Assembly: GCF_000181795.1 (NCBI RefSeq)
Contig: NW_003526943.1
Location: 9,036,849-9,100,848, forward strand
DNA length: 64,000 bases
Source of the DNA: Trichinella spiralis
Lineage: Eukaryota
Reading direction: 5' to 3'
Positions 58,301 through 64,000 of the stretch are shown piece by piece (the stretch's first letter is position 1; each line of letters opens with the position of its first letter). The position numbers and the translations under genes are program-made. The notes beneath the pieces were generated by a model. The model was not told the DNA's origin and made no database searches. It worked only from the letters and a program-made list of their open reading frames with translations.

Positions 58301-59207
58301 CTAGCAGCTGCACTGAAACCTCTGGCTGATTGTTTGACGCAATCTAGCCGACAGACAGCACCACTGTGTGAGTATTGTTTAATTTAAAAATAATTTTGCA
58401 TTTAACCTACTTTTCTTATTATTAATTTTTTGTGGAAATGTTTGTTGAAAATATGTTGAGGTTTGAAAAAACATTTCACAAATAAACACATGAACAAAGT
58501 ATAAAACTGATGTGCACCAGCGGAGCTCACCTTATCAGGCCAGCCAGGTTGGAAAAGCATCCCTCTGTCTCAACTCTGTTTTTCTCTCTGATCGGCAAGC
58601 TTATGACAATAACATACAATAAAACTATAATTTATGATAATGAAGAATTTTGAAAAATTTTTTTTTAATATCTAAACTTTAATTGATGATCAAGAAACAT
58701 GGAATTTTCGACGTCAACATATTAATAGCGTTCAACACTTTATGTTGAACCTGAATGTTGACATGTAAAATTTCAAATTATTCTGAAATGAAAGAAAATT
58801 AGTGATAATGAATTGTCGCCAGTGTTGCTCAAGAATTTATGGGCAGTGATCAATGTATAACGTTTTCAATCATCAAATTTTATAATCCCTCCCTAGTTGT
58901 TTTTCATTTTACAAATTGTTAATGTTTTCTGCATCATTCTACTGAAAGTAAATGAAAATTTTAACTTTAGGAATGCTCCATTCATCATCATCCTGCTTTC
59001 GTTAAAAAGGTTCAATGTGTAGTGAAGCAGTAGCATTTCTTGTTAAATCAGACCCAAATTTTAAATCTGACCAATAGGATTAATCCTATTTCTGATGTGT
59101 GGCTTTGGTTTCAGTATTCATAAAGCAAATTTTCATCTTCATATGTCAGTCGCCAATTCTTTTCCCAAGAAAACAAAATGAACTGAAGCTAATTATGATT
59201 TTATATA

Positions 59208-59907
59208 CAGTTTCCTTTCAACATTCGCGGATTTCAAAACCGCCAAAAAGATAAATCCTGTTTTTATTCCCTAGTGTGTATGTATGCTGTGGATCTGCAG
59301 GTTCAGCGCAAGGTTGTTTCCGCTTATGAGGTTGTACACCATAGTCGTAACGCAACCAAACTGAGAGGCTAAGTAACCGCTACTAATGCTAAGATGACAA
59401 AGATAAATAAATACATTCGGGTGAAGGGAAAGGAGGCGCTGCGAATGGGAAGTTGGCTTACGACAGCACCGGTCCCGCGTTTCCAGACGCTTGCTCCAGA
59501 CTGGTCAACTAGTCCAGACATGTCTGGAAGTGCAGAATGTCCGCTTTCATGCCAGCAGCATGCAGCGTAAAAATAACGCAAAATTTGAGTAAATGCGTAA
59601 TGCATGAAGTAAATACTATAGTCACAATGTTTTTTTTAAAAAAATGCGCCAGACAGTCCATCTTTTTCTGGCACTGATTTTGACTGCTATACACTCAATC
59701 AAAAAAAATAAAAAATAAATACGGGGTAAATATTTAACATACAAATCATCAGACGGTCTGTGATATTATCCCTTGAAGCTTTCAGACAATTGCGTAGGAT
59801 TATATAGCATCGGTAAGATGTATGAACAGAAGCGGCAAGTATTCGCGGAAATTCGACATTCGCGGTTCTACCGGAATGCACATATTGCGAATGTTGACGA
59901 ACCACTG
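59208..59907. mobile_element. Non-autonomous pogo/Tigger (Tc1/mariner superfamily) element or MITE, 700 bp
   Basis: TA|CAGTttccttTCAACATTCGC ... GCGAATGTTGAcgaaccACTG|TA: imperfect ~21-bp TIRs with TA duplications at 59206-07 and 59908-09. Internal ATTCGCGG motif repeats near 59223, 59841 and 59858. Confidence 0.8.
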
Positions 59908-62900
59908 TATACTTTAATCAGATTTGAAAATTTTTCTTTATATTATTCAAAATCAACAAGTGCAGGATAAATATGTAAGGAATGCAATTGTACAGTCTAT
60001 CATTAAATAATAAACAATGACTGAAACGGTGGTAAAGTAAACATATTAATTCTTCCTTTTTAATTCAATCAACATTTTAAAACATTCATCATTATTAGCG
60101 CTAGTTGAAAATTTTATTATTATTTCTTTTTTAATGTTTCATGCAACTGGATTAATTTTTGAAAATTATTTCAATTTAAATATTATTATTTGAATAAAAA
60201 AACAATTAAATGTTGAGAAATGCTACAACAAAAGAATAATATTATTAAACTATTGTAATATAGAATTGAAAGATGAATAACATTCGCAATTAAAGCTAAA
60301 AAGCAAAAACAGATGATTAACCTTAATTGCGAACGCTATTGTTTCAACTGCAATCGTCTAATCTGCTTACATCAAAATATTAAAATCTCAATTTGTCACA
60401 TTTGATATTATTCATCAATGTGCATGGAATTAATAATTAAAAAAGCTATATCACAAAAACACCAATAAGCAAATGATGCATCAATTTCAACGATGAAATA
60501 TTTTTTGTTGAACACCTCAAGGCAATTCTTTGAAATCAAAAAAGCTTTTTTATTTATTTTATTGAAAAATTTATATAACAAAAATTAAAATTTTCATAAA
60601 ATGCAAATCACAAATAATTGCACGAACAATGTTGGTCAAACTGTCGATCACACGAAGCATGATAGCATACAAGTTTGGTTTAATTTATTTTTATTAAGTT
60701 TTGTTGGGTGGAAAATGTAATAAAATAACTTTTATTTTCATTTGTAAATTTAGTGGATAATAAAATTACGGCAAAAACTTTCATTCAATTTTAATGCAAA
60801 GCTAAATGATGAAAATAATCAGGTTGTAAAATATTAATGCCAATTTACATGGAAACAGCATTCAATTTAATGTACTCAGTTAATACTGTTTTTTTCGTTT
60901 AACAAATAACATTTTAAAAGATTTATTTATTTAAATTGCAAGTTTTGAAATAAAAGCTAAAATATGATAATTATTTTTAAAAAATTTTAATTCAAAATCA
61001 AAGAAAAATGCGCACTCTGATATTAAAATTTTTACTGCTGAATTAACGAATTTGAAATGAAAACAATTGAATTTCTTGTAATATACATGCAGTCAAAAAG
61101 TACAATTGTCAGATTATGGATAAAATGACAAATCATATATGAATGAGCTTATTACTCTTCGCATGCAAACAAAATGCAAATAATAAAAAAATACATATAT
61201 TACATTTGACAATATACTATTGTATTTTGAATGGTGAAGATGATGCTTATGAATTGATAATATATAGCTGTTTGAATATGTAAATATTTAAATAAGAGAA
61301 AACAGCTGTGAAGCTTGTGTTAAATATTATGAAAATAAACTGAAAAAATTTATTTTTAGTATTTGAAAATTTTAGCTAGATTTTTTTGAAAAACAGAATT
61401 TTGTCTGTAGTTGTTTGAGCATTGGCTTTAGTAAAAATTGTTTAAATTAAAAAAAAATGCATCCAAACGAAATCCTCATCAAATAGGGAATTTATTATTA
61501 AAATCAACAAAAAGTTAATATTGCTTAAATTCAGAAATTCACTGAAGATTTATGAATTGAGTTTAAAATTATTTTATTGCAGCAAATAATTTTTCAAGTT
61601 GTGAAGAACAATTTTCCATTGACTAAAGATTGACCAATAATTATCATCAAGCTTGTGAATAAAAAAAATATCTAATTTTGTTTATTTATTTATAAAATTT
61701 CAAAAATATTAAACTTTTACAAGATTCGAGAGAATGAAAATTGCAAAAAATAAAAGAAAAAAGGAATTTATTAAGCATCAGAATAAAAAATTAGTATAAT
61801 AAAAAATATGCAGTTAATTTACCGTTTTTCTGAAGAGTGGATCGAGAATTTTGTGTGCGAGATTTTTAATTTTAATTTTTCAGGCAATGAAAAAACAAAT
61901 GAAAATAATCTATATGGTGACGATGACTCGCAGCAGGGGCTGTGGCTGGGATGCGGGCAGTGTCGTGCTGCTGCTCTTGGACAATAGCAGTGGAAAGATT
62001 GGCTCATTTTATAAGCATCGAATATTTGTACTGTCGTTGTAGTAATAATGTAAATTAGATTTGTGACAAATTTCTCCACACTGCGTCCGTTTGATCATTC
62101 GGCCACATGCATAGTCAGTTAGCACAGTTTGTTTAAGCACTTCTTTTAGAAATCCTTTCTTTTCGTCGGTTTTCAATGTTGCAGATGTAAGTCAACATTT
62201 GGCTTTGAGGATAAGCTTCAGCTTCAACTGCACGTATGCATCATTTTCGTCGTCAAGATGAGCATTCATTTTTGAGACAATGCTTTTCACAGACGAGTCT
62301 GCTTTTTCATTTTCACCACCACAACCACCGCCGAAGCTGACGCAAATCCATTCAAAGCAATTTGCTCAAATAAATTTTACCAAAAAATAAAATATTTAAA
62401 TTGTCGAATATGAAGTGTCGACAATTTAATTAGGCGAACAAATTCAAGCAAAGAAAATATCCCTCCTATATACAGTAATTATTCTTTACATTTACATTGC
62501 CAAACAATAAAATCACCAAAATATGCAAAAATAATAATATAATATAATAAAAATAATAATATTTTGACAAAATTTGAAATATTTCAATTAAAACCAATAT
62601 TATCAACTAGAATATTTTATTTATTTTTAAAAAAATCATTTTTCTTTGAATGATAAACTATTATGATTAAAAAAGTATTACAAATTTGCATTTTTAACTT
62701 TTCAAAAATCACCAAATCAACCAACATATTCATTCGATCGATTTATTCGATAAAATTGAAATCATTAAAAAAAATCTACTGTCACATATTTTTTTTACCT
62801 AACAAATTTTGTCAAAAATTAAAATATTACAATTTCTTTGCTTCATTACACTGATTAATATTATTTTTAAAAAAAGTTTATTCACTTTTAGAAAAGATCA

Positions 62901-64000
62901 ATCCTCTTCAATAAATGTGAAGTGTGAACAAATGTTGATGCAAACCAAAAAGCAAAAAACAAAAAAAAACATGCTACTAGTAAAATTATAAATTTCGAAA
63001 TTCAAGAAAAAAAATTTATTATTATTTTGTTAAATGGAAAATTGATGAGCTAGTTTCACAAAAACAAAAATTTCATTATTTCAAATAAAAACAAATGCTA
63101 CATGAAAAAAAGTATATTCAGATATAAAAAACGTGAGCTTGATTTGAAAAAAATTTCAAACACAATTTGGATTATTATTTAAAAAATAAGGTGCTCAATA
63201 ATGTAAAATTTGATGATTAAAAAAATTAAATTTAAATGCTTATTTTATTGTTTTAACATTAAATTCCATCTCAGTGCATTTATTTCATCAAGTGACTAAG
63301 CATTCGCAGGCAAAATTTAATTCTATTTAAAAAATTTTTTTAATACGCTTAAAATTAATTATTTCTTATAATTTTATTTTTGTTTATATTTGTTTAGCTT
63401 ACAAAAATTCACATACATATAGATATATACATTTTATTTTTTATATTGCAGAAGATATATTTTCACCGTTTATTATTTTCTTCTTTTTTGATTACATTAT
63501 TAAAAATTAATACTCTTGAGAATCTTATACAAGCAGAAATGGATGGTCATATAATTTTTACTGATGTAAATTAAAAAGCAGACATGTAGGCGTAACTGGA
63601 CGCATCGATGCTCTGACACTAATAAAATGCTATGAAACAAATTGCTGCCAGTTTTCTGTGATCAAACAACGTAATTAAATTTAGTAATATAACTATTCAT
63701 TTAATAAAAGCGCACTGCTATTGCTTTATATTGATTTAAACCATGCAAAAACACTTGCAATTTTAACATTCATCTATCAATAATAAAAATTCTCTACATA
63801 TTATATTAAAAAGTTATTTTTTTAAAGCAGAATTTCATAATTACTTCTGGAAAAAATTTAAACTTTCACAAAATGTTGCTTTGGTTTATGGAAAATTTTT
63901 CATAAGAAAAAGTGTTGCACATGAAATTTAATTCACTAACACAATGGAGCATTCTAATAATTACAAATCATCAATTTCTTAATGTGCAGTGTGATATTCT

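Noticed and set aside
60283..60333. 11-bp inverted repeat TTCGCAATTAA...TTAATTGCGAA
   Set aside because: Short and AT-rich with a long unpaired spacer; plausible by chance

Overview
AT-rich, intron-dense eukaryotic genomic DNA with many 45-100 nt introns and microsatellites. Gene content and intron style suggest a nematode, possibly Trichinella-like (inference only). Gene models were spliced by hand. In order: the 3' part of PAN2 (+), with an antisense neuropeptide-type GPCR nested in one of its introns; a second GPCR paralogue (-); a VAX/ceh-5-like homeobox gene (+); two SLC35F6-like transporter paralogues (+) bracketing MKS1 (-) and RPN11/PSMD14 (-); HIBCH (-); a ~3 kb cluster of decayed transposons (Gypsy gag/protease, piggyBac, Gypsy integrase, candidate LTR); RPS15 (+); an unidentified 3-exon gene (-) beneath a CpG-rich island; and a 700-bp pogo/Tc1-type MITE. 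The most notable points are the GPCR nested in a non-canonical GC-AG PAN2 intron (possibly interleaved via upstream UTR exons), three GC-AG introns, an X-box-like motif upstream of MKS1, a divergent and C-terminally extended RPN11, and the orphan spliced gene. I found no prokaryote-type systems (CRISPR, defence islands) and no tRNA or rRNA genes.
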